From Fidelibacterota bacterium (GTDB lineage Bacteria > Fidelibacterota > Fidelibacteria > Fidelibacterales > DSDE01), in contig JBJKQR010000047.1 in assembly GCA_046735395.1 (NCBI GenBank), positions 32,001 to 96,000 of the forward strand: a stretch of 64,000 nt of DNA. Direction: 5' to 3'. Position numbers and translations under genes: made by a program. The notes below the pieces were generated by a model. The model was not told where the DNA came from. It worked only from the letters and a program-made list of their open reading frames with translations, and ran no database searches. Shown piece by piece: positions 55,369 to 64,000 of this stretch (position 1 is its first letter; each line of letters begins with the position of its first letter).

Positions 55369-57186
55369 TTGTTTTTGAAAATACTCAAGCTTGCCGGCAA
55401 GTACAAAGTTGCCATCGGTATCGGGATGTTTTTCTCCTTATTGTATGTTCTGGCAAATTCAGCGGCTCTTTGGACGGTCGCATCGCTGATGGAAACGGTC
55501 TTTCAGCCGGATAAGGCCTCCCATGTCCCGGCGGCCGCCGCCTCAGTGAATGATCAGCTGAAACTATGGATCGGACACTTCGTCACCGCAGCGACGCCGC
55601 TGCAGAAGCTGAGCCGGCTCACCGTTCTCATCATTTCCCTCTTTCTGATGAAGAATATCTTTGCCTATCTCAAGGATATCGCCTTTGCCACAATGGAACT
55701 GCGGCTGATTCATGACATGAGAACCCGGCTGTATGCCCACATCACGCGTCAGACCATGTCGTTCCTCGATAATCACAAGCGGGGCGAATTCATCAGCATC
55801 ATTGTCAATGATGTATTAGCTCTCCGCCGGGCAGTGAATGTCACCTTCACGAATATGCTGATTGAACCCCTGAATGTTCTGGCCATCGTAGTTCTGCTCT
55901 TCATCATCAGCTGGAAATTCACGCTGTACATATTCATCATGTTTCCCGTTTCGGCTGTGATTTTCTGGATTGTCGGTGCCAGTATGCGGCGCAAGGGACG
56001 GCGGAGTTTCAAGCAGATGGCCCGCATTACAGATTTTCTCCATCAGATGCTGGACGGGATTCGTCTGGTCAAGGCTCTGGGGAAGGAAGAAACGGAAATC
56101 AGCAATTTTTCCGAGAAGAGCGATCGCTACCGGGATCTGCAGCTGCGGCAGCAGCGCCTGTCCGTCATGTCGCCGTCGGTGAGTGAAATGATCGGTGTCA
56201 TCACCGGATCCATCCTCTTTCTGCTGGGTGGCAAGATGGTCATTATCGATCATATCATGACTGCCGAGGATTTTCTTCGCTACATCATTCTGCTGTTTTC
56301 CGCCTTTCAGCCCATCAAGCGCATTACCTCCATCAATATGAGCCTGCAGAACGGCTTTGCCGCCGGAGAACGCATCTTCGGGCTTCTGGAAATCGTACCG
56401 GAACAGCTGGAACGGCCCCGGGCCGGTGATCTGAGTGATTTCAGTGACCGGATCAGCTTCGAGAATATCCGCTTCCGCTATGAAAAGGACGATACGCAGT
56501 GGGTTCTGGATGATGTGTCCTTTGAGATTCACAAGGGAGAGAAAGTCGCTTTGGTTGGTGCGTCCGGATCCGGAAAATCGACGCTGGCCGACCTTCTGCT
56601 TCGTTTCTACCTTCCCGATGAAGGGCAGGTTCGGATCGACGGCAGAGATATACAGGATATCCGGGCCGGGTCCCTGCGGAAAATGATCGGTGTGGTCAGT
56701 CAGGATGTATTCCTGCTCAACGACAGTGTCCGTAATAATATCCGGTACGGTGACAGTGAGGCCGATGACGACAGAGTTCTTCGTGCTGCTGAAATCGCCA
56801 ATGCCAGGGAATTCATCGAAAATTTTGAATCCGACTGGGAAACGATCGTCGGAGACAGAGGTGTAAAATTGTCAGGCGGACAGAAACAGCGTATTTCCAT
56901 CGCCCGTGCCGTCCTTCAGGATCAGAGCATTCTGATTCTGGATGAAGCGACCTCTTCCCTGGACAATGAATCGGAACGGATGGTGCAGGACAGTCTCAAT
57001 ACGCTCATGTCCGGGAAGACATCCCTGGTCATTGCCCACCGCCTGAGTACCATACAGAATGCAGACCGTATCCTCGTTCTGAATAAGGGAAAAATTATCT
57101 GTTCCGGATCCCATGCCTATCTGATGGGAAATTGTCCCTATTATGAAAATCTTTACCAGCAGCAGATGCAGTCGGAAGAGAACTGA
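55369..57186 (+). CDS. MsbA-like ABC exporter (TMD + NBD)
   Basis: TM domain; GASGSGKST, LSGGQKQR, LDEATSSLD, IAHRLSTI. Confidence 0.9.
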   Translation: MFLKILKLAGKYKVAIGIGMFFSLLYVLANSAALWTVASLMETVFQPDKASHVPAAAASVNDQLKLWIGHFVTAATPLQKLSRLTVLIISLFLMKNIFAYLKDIAFATMELRLIHDMRTRLYAHITRQTMSFLDNHKRGEFISIIVNDVLALRRAVNVTFTNMLIEPLNVLAIVVLLFIISWKFTLYIFIMFPVSAVIFWIVGASMRRKGRRSFKQMARITDFLHQMLDGIRLVKALGKEETEISNFSEKSDRYRDLQLRQQRLSVMSPSVSEMIGVITGSILFLLGGKMVIIDHIMTAEDFLRYIILLFSAFQPIKRITSINMSLQNGFAAGERIFGLLEIVPEQLERPRAGDLSDFSDRISFENIRFRYEKDDTQWVLDDVSFEIHKGEKVALVGASGSGKSTLADLLLRFYLPDEGQVRIDGRDIQDIRAGSLRKMIGVVSQDVFLLNDSVRNNIRYGDSEADDDRVLRAAEIANAREFIENFESDWETIVGDRGVKLSGGQKQRISIARAVLQDQSILILDEATSSLDNESERMVQDSLNTLMSGKTSLVIAHRLSTIQNADRILVLNKGKIICSGSHAYLMGNCPYYENLYQQQMQSEEN

Positions 57187-57190
57187 ATCC

Positions 57191-57868
57191 TTGAAACAAC
57201 TCTGTTCTCACAGCCTGTCCGGCCTTTTCCTTCTCAGTCTGCTGTTTCTGGCTCCGAAGGCGGTTCGCGCAGAGGAAAGTTACCTGTATTCTCTGTATTA
57301 TCAGGGAATGCCGGGGGGCCGCGCCGTCCTGATGCGGAATGTGGATGATTCCACCGCCGTACTTGAACTTATCCTGCAGACAAACATGATTCTTGACCGT
57401 TTTTTTCGGATCCGGGACACGATTCGCGTCGAGGCAGATCCGGAGACCTACGTTCTGCAATCTCTTTCCAGGCATATCAATGAAGGAAAGTATCACAAGA
57501 CCAGCCTGCTGAAAATGGATTCCGCCGGCCGGGACACGGCCTCCATCCGTGATGAATACTGTGCCCTGCTCATGCTTATGGATCCGGCCTGGTTCAGGGC
57601 GCGTTCCCTTGATCTGAACCTGTTGATTAAAAAAAAGGAACAGCCCTTTGTGATTGAGGAAAAGCACCGGGAATATCTGACCGTGAACGGCAGGACCCGG
57701 CAGGTTATCCTATATGTACCGAATGAAGAATCACTGCGGAATGTGGGCCGGGACAACGCCTCCCTCAGTATCTGGATGCTCAATGAGCAGCCGTCCTATC
57801 CTCTGCAGATCAAGCTGGAATTTCAGTATGGAACCGTCCTTCTGAAATATCGGGATCGTATCAAATGA
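57191..57868 (+). CDS. DUF3108-like exported protein
   Basis: TTG start; signal peptide; Y-L-Y-G...LDRFFRIRD...INEGKY...IW-P-QIK-F-YG-V. Confidence 0.6.
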   Translation: MKQLCSHSLSGLFLLSLLFLAPKAVRAEESYLYSLYYQGMPGGRAVLMRNVDDSTAVLELILQTNMILDRFFRIRDTIRVEADPETYVLQSLSRHINEGKYHKTSLLKMDSAGRDTASIRDEYCALLMLMDPAWFRARSLDLNLLIKKKEQPFVIEEKHREYLTVNGRTRQVILYVPNEESLRNVGRDNASLSIWMLNEQPSYPLQIKLEFQYGTVLLKYRDRIK

Positions 57869-58593
57869 GTTTGACTCCCGCAGACATATCCGGGGTCCTC
57901 TCTGAATTTCGTCATATTCCCTATGAAAATATCAGTAAGATATTCCGCCTGGGGCTGAGCCGGGACGAGCGTCCGCGCAGGCCGGAATTGCTTTTCGATC
58001 AGTTTCACAGCCATGGCTGGGGCGGAACCTGCTTCTCCCTGACCTGGGCTGCCGTTCAGGCCCTGCGCAAAAACGGTATCGCCGCAGGCCCGGTGAATGC
58101 TCCGGTTCCGAGGGAAAGCTTTCCCCACTTCGCCCTGGTCTATGAGCTGGGCGGGCGGCAATATTTCTGCGATCCGGGATATATGATTTTCGAAGGTATC
58201 GCTCTGGATCCTGCTGAGCCCGGACGATGGTCCAATACGGTGATGGAGTACGAATGCAGGTTCGCTGCTGACAGCGGTCTCTACGAGCTCCATTCCCGGC
58301 ATGCGGGATCGGCCACACTCCGATATCATATCGATCCCCGGCAACTGAGTGACGAAGCCTTTCTATATGCGTGGAATCACAGTTTCAATTATATGAATAC
58401 GCTGGTCCTGTCCCGGATTGTGGATGATAAATTTATTTATATAGCCGGTGATTATGCCCAGATCCGCACCCGGAACCATATCGAAAAATACAACAGCAGA
58501 GACAACGCCGACCGGCTGCTGCAGGCCTGGTTTCCCTTCAGCCCCGAGGAAATCCGTCTGGCCCGTACTATAATTTCGGCTTTGACCAGATAA
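57865..58593 (+). CDS. Arylamine N-acetyltransferase family protein
   Basis: IPYENI, GGTCF, PHFALV, YFCDPG (Cys-His-Asp triad). Confidence 0.85.
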   Translation: MSLTPADISGVLSEFRHIPYENISKIFRLGLSRDERPRRPELLFDQFHSHGWGGTCFSLTWAAVQALRKNGIAAGPVNAPVPRESFPHFALVYELGGRQYFCDPGYMIFEGIALDPAEPGRWSNTVMEYECRFAADSGLYELHSRHAGSATLRYHIDPRQLSDEAFLYAWNHSFNYMNTLVLSRIVDDKFIYIAGDYAQIRTRNHIEKYNSRDNADRLLQAWFPFSPEEIRLARTIISALTR

Positions 58594-58722
58594 TGAAAGT
58601 CGGCGCGATGAAACGTCCGTTTTCAGGGCCTCTTCTATCCATCAAACCGGAAATCCGGGAAAAGGCCGCTGCACGAAAAGGGTTCCGGCACCTACCGGCG
58701 AAAAGAGTGGCGAAACCCTTGC

Positions 58723-58751
58723 TTGCTTACACCTCTATAAATAATTAAATT
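58723..58751 (+). promoter_or_regulatory. Sigma70-type promoter
   Basis: TTGCTT-17 bp-TAAATT upstream of an AAAGGAG RBS and ATG 58785. Confidence 0.55.
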
Positions 58752-58784
58752 ACCGGGCTTAAACGTGAAAGGAGTACCTGCGAC

Positions 58785-60590
58785 ATGGGTATTATGACAA
58801 AAATGCGGGACAGAATGAAAATCATCCTGGGCATTCTGATCCTGGCATTTCTCGCGACAATCATTTTCAGCTGGGGGATGGGTTATTCGGGGAATTCGAA
58901 TGCCAATAATATCATCGGCAGCGTCAATGGAAAAGATATTACCCTGGATCAGTTCTATCAGCGCTATAATAATGAAATAAGCCGTTATCGGGAACAGAGC
59001 GGTCAGGAAGTGACCGAACCCATGAGGGTCCGGATCCGCAACCAGGTCTGGGACGAACTTATTAATGAAATGCTGGTTCAGAGCGAAATTGAAAAGTATG
59101 GGCTCAAGGCCACGGACGAAGAAATATATTTTGAGCTGGAAAACAATCCTCCTGAGGTCCTGAAGACTCAGGAAGCCTTTCTGACGGATGGGAAATTCGA
59201 TATGAACAAATATCTGAATATTCTTCATAATCCGCAGGGAAACGAATGGCTGCAGATTGAAAATTATTTTCGCAGCACCATACCGAGCCAGAAACTGCAG
59301 AACCTGATTACCGCCACGGTTATGGTCGGTGACAAGGAAATCCGCGATGCCTATATTGATGAGAATGTGAATTTTCAGGCAGATTATCTCAGTGTTCCCT
59401 TTACCATGACCTCCGATAATGCCGTCACCGTAAGCGATGATGAGGTTGAAGCCTATTACGATGAGAATAAGGAAAACGATTACGCCACGCCGGAGAAACG
59501 GGTTGTTCAGTACGTATTCTGGAAGAAGACGCCGGGTAAGGAAGATACGACACTGGTTCTTCAGGATATGGATGAAGTCCGGGCCCGTATGGAAGACGGC
59601 GAAACCTTTCAGGATCTGGCCAAGCTTTACAGTCAGGACGGAAGTGCAGAACGGGGCGGTGATCTGGGTTGGGTCACACCGGGACAGATGGTTCCTGCAT
59701 TTGAAAAAGCCGTATACAGCGCTCCGCTGAATAAGGTGGTGGGCCCGGTTCTGACACAGTTCGGATATCACCTGATTCTGGTGACGGAACGGAAGACGGA
59801 AGACGGCGTCAAGAAGGCACATGCCTACCACATTCTGATAAAGATTGAGACCGGCCCCAATACGGTCGATGCCCTGTCCGGTGATGCCCGGCTCTTTTCC
59901 TACGATGCGGAAGATCTGGGATTTTCCCGGGCTCTCGAGACCTACAAACTCAAAGCAGATACATCAAAGAACGGCATTGCCCGCGAAGAATATTATTTCC
60001 CCGGAGTGGGATATACACCCGAACTGACAAAATACGCCTTTTCGGCGAAAGTCGGCCAGGTGTCGGAAGTGCTGGAAACAGATCAGAATTTTGTGATTGC
60101 CCAGCTTCTCGAGATCAGGGAACCGGGTTTTCAGAACCTGGATGTGGTGAAACCGGCTATCGTCCGGGAGCTGAAACGGGAGAAAAAGGAAAAGATCGCC
60201 AAAGCCTATGCCGATTCACTGTACACACTGGCCCAGGGTGGTGCGTCTCTGGAGGCACTGGCATCGGCGAAGGCTGCCCTGGCCTTCAAGGGCGGAGAAT
60301 CCTTTCTGCTGAAATCGCTGCCTGCCGCACTGAAAGGAAATGACGAGATCAAGGAAGTTCTCAAGGATCTGTCTCCCAACGAGATCAGCAGCCCAGTCAA
60401 AAGCGGCCGTGCTTATGTGATCATGCAGCTGCGGAACAAGGGAAAAGTGGATGACAATCAGTATGCGATGAAGAAAATGGCCCTTCATGATCAGCTCCTT
60501 ACTCAGAAAAAGAATGAGGTGATCACCCGGTATATGAACGATCTGAAGGATAACGCGAAGATCAAGGATTTCCGTACTAATTTCTTCTGA
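58785..60590 (+). CDS. PpiD-like chaperone (SurA N-terminal + parvulin PPIase)
   Basis: N-terminal TM then IGSVNG-I; F-DLAK-YSQD-SA-GGDLGW...MVPAFEKA...TQFGYHLI. Confidence 0.9.
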   Translation: MGIMTKMRDRMKIILGILILAFLATIIFSWGMGYSGNSNANNIIGSVNGKDITLDQFYQRYNNEISRYREQSGQEVTEPMRVRIRNQVWDELINEMLVQSEIEKYGLKATDEEIYFELENNPPEVLKTQEAFLTDGKFDMNKYLNILHNPQGNEWLQIENYFRSTIPSQKLQNLITATVMVGDKEIRDAYIDENVNFQADYLSVPFTMTSDNAVTVSDDEVEAYYDENKENDYATPEKRVVQYVFWKKTPGKEDTTLVLQDMDEVRARMEDGETFQDLAKLYSQDGSAERGGDLGWVTPGQMVPAFEKAVYSAPLNKVVGPVLTQFGYHLILVTERKTEDGVKKAHAYHILIKIETGPNTVDALSGDARLFSYDAEDLGFSRALETYKLKADTSKNGIAREEYYFPGVGYTPELTKYAFSAKVGQVSEVLETDQNFVIAQLLEIREPGFQNLDVVKPAIVRELKREKKEKIAKAYADSLYTLAQGGASLEALASAKAALAFKGGESFLLKSLPAALKGNDEIKEVLKDLSPNEISSPVKSGRAYVIMQLRNKGKVDDNQYAMKKMALHDQLLTQKKNEVITRYMNDLKDNAKIKDFRTNFF

Positions 60591-60617
60591 TCGCTGATTC
60601 GAAATGACAAAAAAATT

Positions 60618-60644
60618 AAAGGCCGGGAACTCCGGCCTTTTTTT
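60618..60644 (+). terminator. Intrinsic (likely bidirectional) terminator
   Basis: AAAGGCCGG-GAACT-CCGGCC followed by T7, between convergent genes. Confidence 0.85.
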
Positions 60645-60673
60645 ATATGCTGTGAATACATGTTCTGGTGGGC

Positions 60674-61186
60674 TTATTCACCGTCATTGATGTTCTGAAA
60701 GGTCAGATGCTTCCGGTCCTTCCGGACACCCGGAAAACTGAGAATTCGGTTGTGGATGACACAGTAGACGCCCGGTTTCAGCAGCCGTGCGGCCAGAAAG
60801 GCCTCGGTCACGTTCTGCAGCGCGTCCGTATCCTTGAAGATGAAGGGGCGCATGGCGCCGGTAAAAATAATGGGACAGCTCGGATCCGAAATTGTCCTGT
60901 GGACCAGTTCCCCGGTGACTTCCAGTGTATCCGTTCCATGAAGGATCACGACGGCATCCGACTGGGCCATGGCCTGGCGGGTGACCTTCATGATAATGTC
61001 CCGATCGTCATCATTCATGTCCAGGCTGTCCTTGAAGATAATGTTCTGCTGAACGATCTCAAGGTCGGGAGTGCGCAGGGAGGCAACGATATGGGACATG
61101 ACAGAGGCGTGATTCTTCAGAGATCCGTCAAATTCATTATAGGTCTTGTCGATGGTTCCGCCCGTCCCGATCACCGTAATTTTCAT
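60674..61186 (-). CDS. Short asparaginase-domain protein
   Basis: GTGGTIDK, HGTDT, TGAMRP, DA-QN motifs; GGGAGG RBS; only the N-terminal domain (170 aa). Confidence 0.88.
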   Translation of the reverse strand: MKITVIGTGGTIDKTYNEFDGSLKNHASVMSHIVASLRTPDLEIVQQNIIFKDSLDMNDDDRDIIMKVTRQAMAQSDAVVILHGTDTLEVTGELVHRTISDPSCPIIFTGAMRPFIFKDTDALQNVTEAFLAARLLKPGVYCVIHNRILSFPGVRKDRKHLTFQNINDGE

Positions 61187-61468
61187 AACGTTTGCCCTCC
61201 CTTTCTCTGCAGTATTTTCATGGGAATTTACGATTTTACCGGGAATGATAGGAGAAAAAGGTTTTTCCGGCCCGAGAAAAATTCCAGTTCATCACGGAGT
61301 GCCCGCAACCCTGAAAATGAGGGAATTATCCGAAGGGCCGATGAATCCGGGAATGATGACTGGAAGCGGCCTGAAATGGTGAAAATGGAGAAAAAAATAT
61401 TGGAGAAGGGTTGAAAATAATGTATTCTACAAACGAAGAAGGATTCAAAATTTCCCGGGAGAATTGAC

Positions 61469-62839
61469 ATGGATATGCCCATAGAACCGTTTCGTATCAA
61501 AGTGGTGGAACCGGTTCGCCGGACGCGTCGGGATGAACGGGAGAACATTCTGCAGAAGGCCGGATATAACGTGTTCGCGATCCGGGCCGAGGATATTTTC
61601 ATTGATCTTCTGACTGACAGCGGCACATCCGCAATGAGCGACCGGCAGTGGAGCGGGCTGATGCTGGGTGACGAAAGTTATGCCGGGTCACGGAGTTTTT
61701 ATCATTTTGAAGAAACCGTCCGGGATATTACCGGTTTCCGCCATATTATTCCTGCACATCAGGGGCGGGCTACCGAAAACCTGCTCTTTTCGCAGTTTGT
61801 GAAGCCGGGAGACATTATTCCCAATAATTCACATTTTGATACAACCCGGGCCAATGTGGAGGCCAAGGGCGGCCTTGCGGCGGACCTGGTATTTGACTAC
61901 GCCCGGGATACGACGGTTCTGCATCCCTTCAAGGGAAACCTTGATCCGGATAAGCTGAGGGCGCTCATTGCCGAAGCCGGATCCGGCCGTATTCCCCTGG
62001 GAATGCTTACCATTACGAATAACAGCGGTGGCGGCCAGCCGGTCAGTATGGAGAATATCCGGCAGGTCTCGGAAATTCTCCATGAAAACGGGATCCCCTT
62101 TTTTCTGGATGCCTGCAGATTTGCTGAAAATGCCTGGTTCATCAAAACCCGGGACAAAGATTACGCGAAGGCGTCAATTGCCGAAATAGCCCGGGAAATG
62201 TTTTCCTATGCGGATGGCTGTACCATGAGCGCGAAAAAGGATGCCCTTGTGAATATCGGTGGCTTCGTGGCGCTGAATGATGACAGCCTGGCGGAAAAGA
62301 TCCGGACGGATCTGATCCTGATCGAGGGTTTTCCCACTTACGGGGGCCTGGCAGGACGGGATCTGGAAGCGATGGCCATCGGACTGAGGGAGGTTCTGGA
62401 TGATGAATATCTGGCGTACCGCACCGGGCAGGTTGCCGCTCTTGGTGATATGCTGGATCAACGGAATATTCCCTATATGAAACCGGCCGGAGGCCATGCG
62501 ATTTATGTGGACGCCCGAACCCTGCTGCCTCATATTCCGCCGTCTCAGTTCCCGGGACAGGTGCTGGTTGCCGAACTCTATCTGGAAGGCGGTATCCGCA
62601 GCGTGGAGATCGGGTCTCTCATGTTCGGCCGCAGAGGCCCGAAGGGTGAATTCATTGCTTCGCGGAATGAACTGGTGCGTCTGGCCATTCCCCGGCGCGT
62701 CTATACCTCCCGGCATCTGGTATACGTGGCGGATGTGCTGGGAAAAATCGCAGAAAAGAAAACAGAACTGCGCGGGATGAAAATTACCCGTGAAGCGTCG
62801 GTTTTGCGTCATTTTACGGCCAGGCTCGAAAGACTATGA
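61469..62839 (+). CDS. tnaA: Tryptophanase (beta-eliminating lyase)
   Basis: EPFRIKVVE, IDLLTDSGT, GDESYAG, HQGR, SHFDTTR, MSAKKD (PLP Lys), EGFPTYGGL, RLAIPRR, LRHFTARL; tyrosine phenol-lyase cannot be fully excluded. Confidence 0.85.
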   Translation: MDMPIEPFRIKVVEPVRRTRRDERENILQKAGYNVFAIRAEDIFIDLLTDSGTSAMSDRQWSGLMLGDESYAGSRSFYHFEETVRDITGFRHIIPAHQGRATENLLFSQFVKPGDIIPNNSHFDTTRANVEAKGGLAADLVFDYARDTTVLHPFKGNLDPDKLRALIAEAGSGRIPLGMLTITNNSGGGQPVSMENIRQVSEILHENGIPFFLDACRFAENAWFIKTRDKDYAKASIAEIAREMFSYADGCTMSAKKDALVNIGGFVALNDDSLAEKIRTDLILIEGFPTYGGLAGRDLEAMAIGLREVLDDEYLAYRTGQVAALGDMLDQRNIPYMKPAGGHAIYVDARTLLPHIPPSQFPGQVLVAELYLEGGIRSVEIGSLMFGRRGPKGEFIASRNELVRLAIPRRVYTSRHLVYVADVLGKIAEKKTELRGMKITREASVLRHFTARLERL

Positions 62840-64000
62840 TCAGCTCTGAACTGAAAATAAAAGCCGCTCGCTTTCCTGCCGCTGTTACAGTGGCATTTCT
62901 GATCTGGGCTTCCGCTGCGTTTTCCGGTCAGAAGACGGCAATCTGGCTGTATTTTCCCGAAACGCTGAGCCGACAGGAGATGGTTTCACAGCTGCCGGAA
63001 GATGTGAATATCCGGTATTACAGCCGGGCTCTTCAAGCGCTGAGCGTGGATGTTCCGGCTGATGACAGCCGCAGGATCATAAAACGCTTACAGGCCACGA
63101 CGGATGTAATATCCATAACCCCGGTGGGAAAACTGTCCGTTCAGTTACCCCGGCAGGACCGGACTCTGCACCGGATGGGTACAGACAGCCTGTACGGTGT
63201 TTCCTACAAACAGCTGGACATGCTGGGCATTCCTCGCCTTCATGCACTCGGTTTTCATGGCGAAGGCGTCCGGGCCGGACTGCTGGACGAGGGATTCAAA
63301 AAGGATCTGCCGGTTTTCAGCCATATACTGGATGAAGGGCGTTTTATCGGCGAATATGATTTTGTCTACCATGACAGCATTACGGCGGATGAGGCGGACG
63401 AGGGAACGATGGGGCTGGCCCAGAGTCATGGGACGGAGACCTGGTCCGTGATCGGGGCTTATCTGCCCGGCTTTCTCATGGGCGGGGCCTGGAAGGCGTC
63501 CTTTGCCCTGGCAAAAACCGAGGATATGCGCTGGGAACTGCCCATTGAAGAGGATAATTTTGTGGCCGGAATGGAATGGATGGCTGATCTGGGGATTGAC
63601 GTCATTTCCATTTCACTGAATTATATGAAATTTGATGACGGGGTGGGTTCCTATACCTACAGCCAGTTGGACGGCAGGACGACGGCGGTCGCGCGTATCT
63701 GCAACTGGGCCGCAGCGCGGGGCATGATCATCGTTCAGGCTATGGGGAATGAAGGCCGGGAAGGTTCCGGTTCTCTGTGGTCCCCGGCTGACGCACCGTC
63801 TGTCATCAGCGTGGGCTCGGTGGGACTGAACGCTGTGATTTCCGATTTCAGCGGCCGGGGGCCGACGGCGGATGGCCGCATCAAGCCGGATGTGGTTGCG
63901 CTGGGCGACGGGACTCAGCTGGCCTATCCGAATGGTGACTGGGGAAGCGGGCGGGGAACGTCCTTTTCCACACCGCTGATTGCCTCGGGCGTGATTCTGC
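62836..64000 (+). CDS. Secreted S8 serine protease (3'-truncated; absent from ORF track)
   Basis: Manual translation from the ATGA overlap: signal peptide ...SAAFSG-QKT; LLDEG, SHGTETWS, AKTED...EEDNFV, AMGNEG, SPADA, GPTADGRIKPDV, GTSFSTP. Confidence 0.9.
   Translation, partial: MISSELKIKAARFPAAVTVAFLIWASAAFSGQKTAIWLYFPETLSRQEMVSQLPEDVNIRYYSRALQALSVDVPADDSRRIIKRLQATTDVISITPVGKLSVQLPRQDRTLHRMGTDSLYGVSYKQLDMLGIPRLHALGFHGEGVRAGLLDEGFKKDLPVFSHILDEGRFIGEYDFVYHDSITADEADEGTMGLAQSHGTETWSVIGAYLPGFLMGGAWKASFALAKTEDMRWELPIEEDNFVAGMEWMADLGIDVISISLNYMKFDDGVGSYTYSQLDGRTTAVARICNWAAARGMIIVQAMGNEGREGSGSLWSPADAPSVISVGSVGLNAVISDFSGRGPTADGRIKPDVVALGDGTQLAYPNGDWGSGRGTSFSTPLIASGVIL

Noticed and set aside
61220..61414. 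TnaC-like leader peptide upstream of tnaA
   Set aside because: The short ORFs here lack the W-x3-D...P-stop arrangement of TnaC.
1..64000. CRISPR arrays, tRNA/rRNA, IS elements, prophage or defence islands, alternative genetic code
   Set aside because: No regularly spaced repeats, cloverleafs, recombinases or phage genes seen by eye; TAA, TAG and TGA all end genes at expected positions.

Overview
A 64 kb chromosomal window, roughly 50-55% GC by eye, densely coding in the standard genetic code. It looks like an FCB-superphylum bacterium that is probably not a Bacteroidota. It carries Bacteroidota-type envelope genes (SprA, PorV-like, PorZ-like, YPNPF-type C-terminal sorting domains, alternative GlmU-like protein) alongside canonical TTGnnn-17-TAnnnT promoters and GGAG Shine-Dalgarno sites. 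Marinimicrobia/Fidelibacterota, KSB1 or Calditrichota are plausible, but this is inference only. I saw no rRNA, tRNA, CRISPR array, integrase or transposase. About 48 CDS were called. They include a split class II RNR with tandem NrdR boxes, dut, an ABC-F ATPase, a YgiQ radical SAM protein, phoBR, two S8 proteases, lipA, rpe, lon, an MsbA-like exporter, a PpiD-like chaperone and tnaA. The strongest candidate for a new system is a ~17 kb co-directional operon (31.6-48.3 kb). It starts with two orphan microcompartment vertex genes translationally coupled to rdgB and continues into a type IX secretion-like cluster (SprA, glutaminyl cyclase, PorZ-like, two PorV-like barrels, three unknown lipoproteins), with no PorK/L/M/N motor genes in view. 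Also notable: a PhoBR-linked PAP2 plus glycosyltransferase module with Pho-box-like repeats; a ~100-aa non-intein insertion in NrdJ; an uncharacterised FMN/Fe-S-like TIM-barrel protein; strong enrichment of the palindrome TCCGGA; and two genes missing from the ORF track (a 45-aa membrane peptide and the terminal S8 protease). All family assignments come from motif recognition, not database searches.
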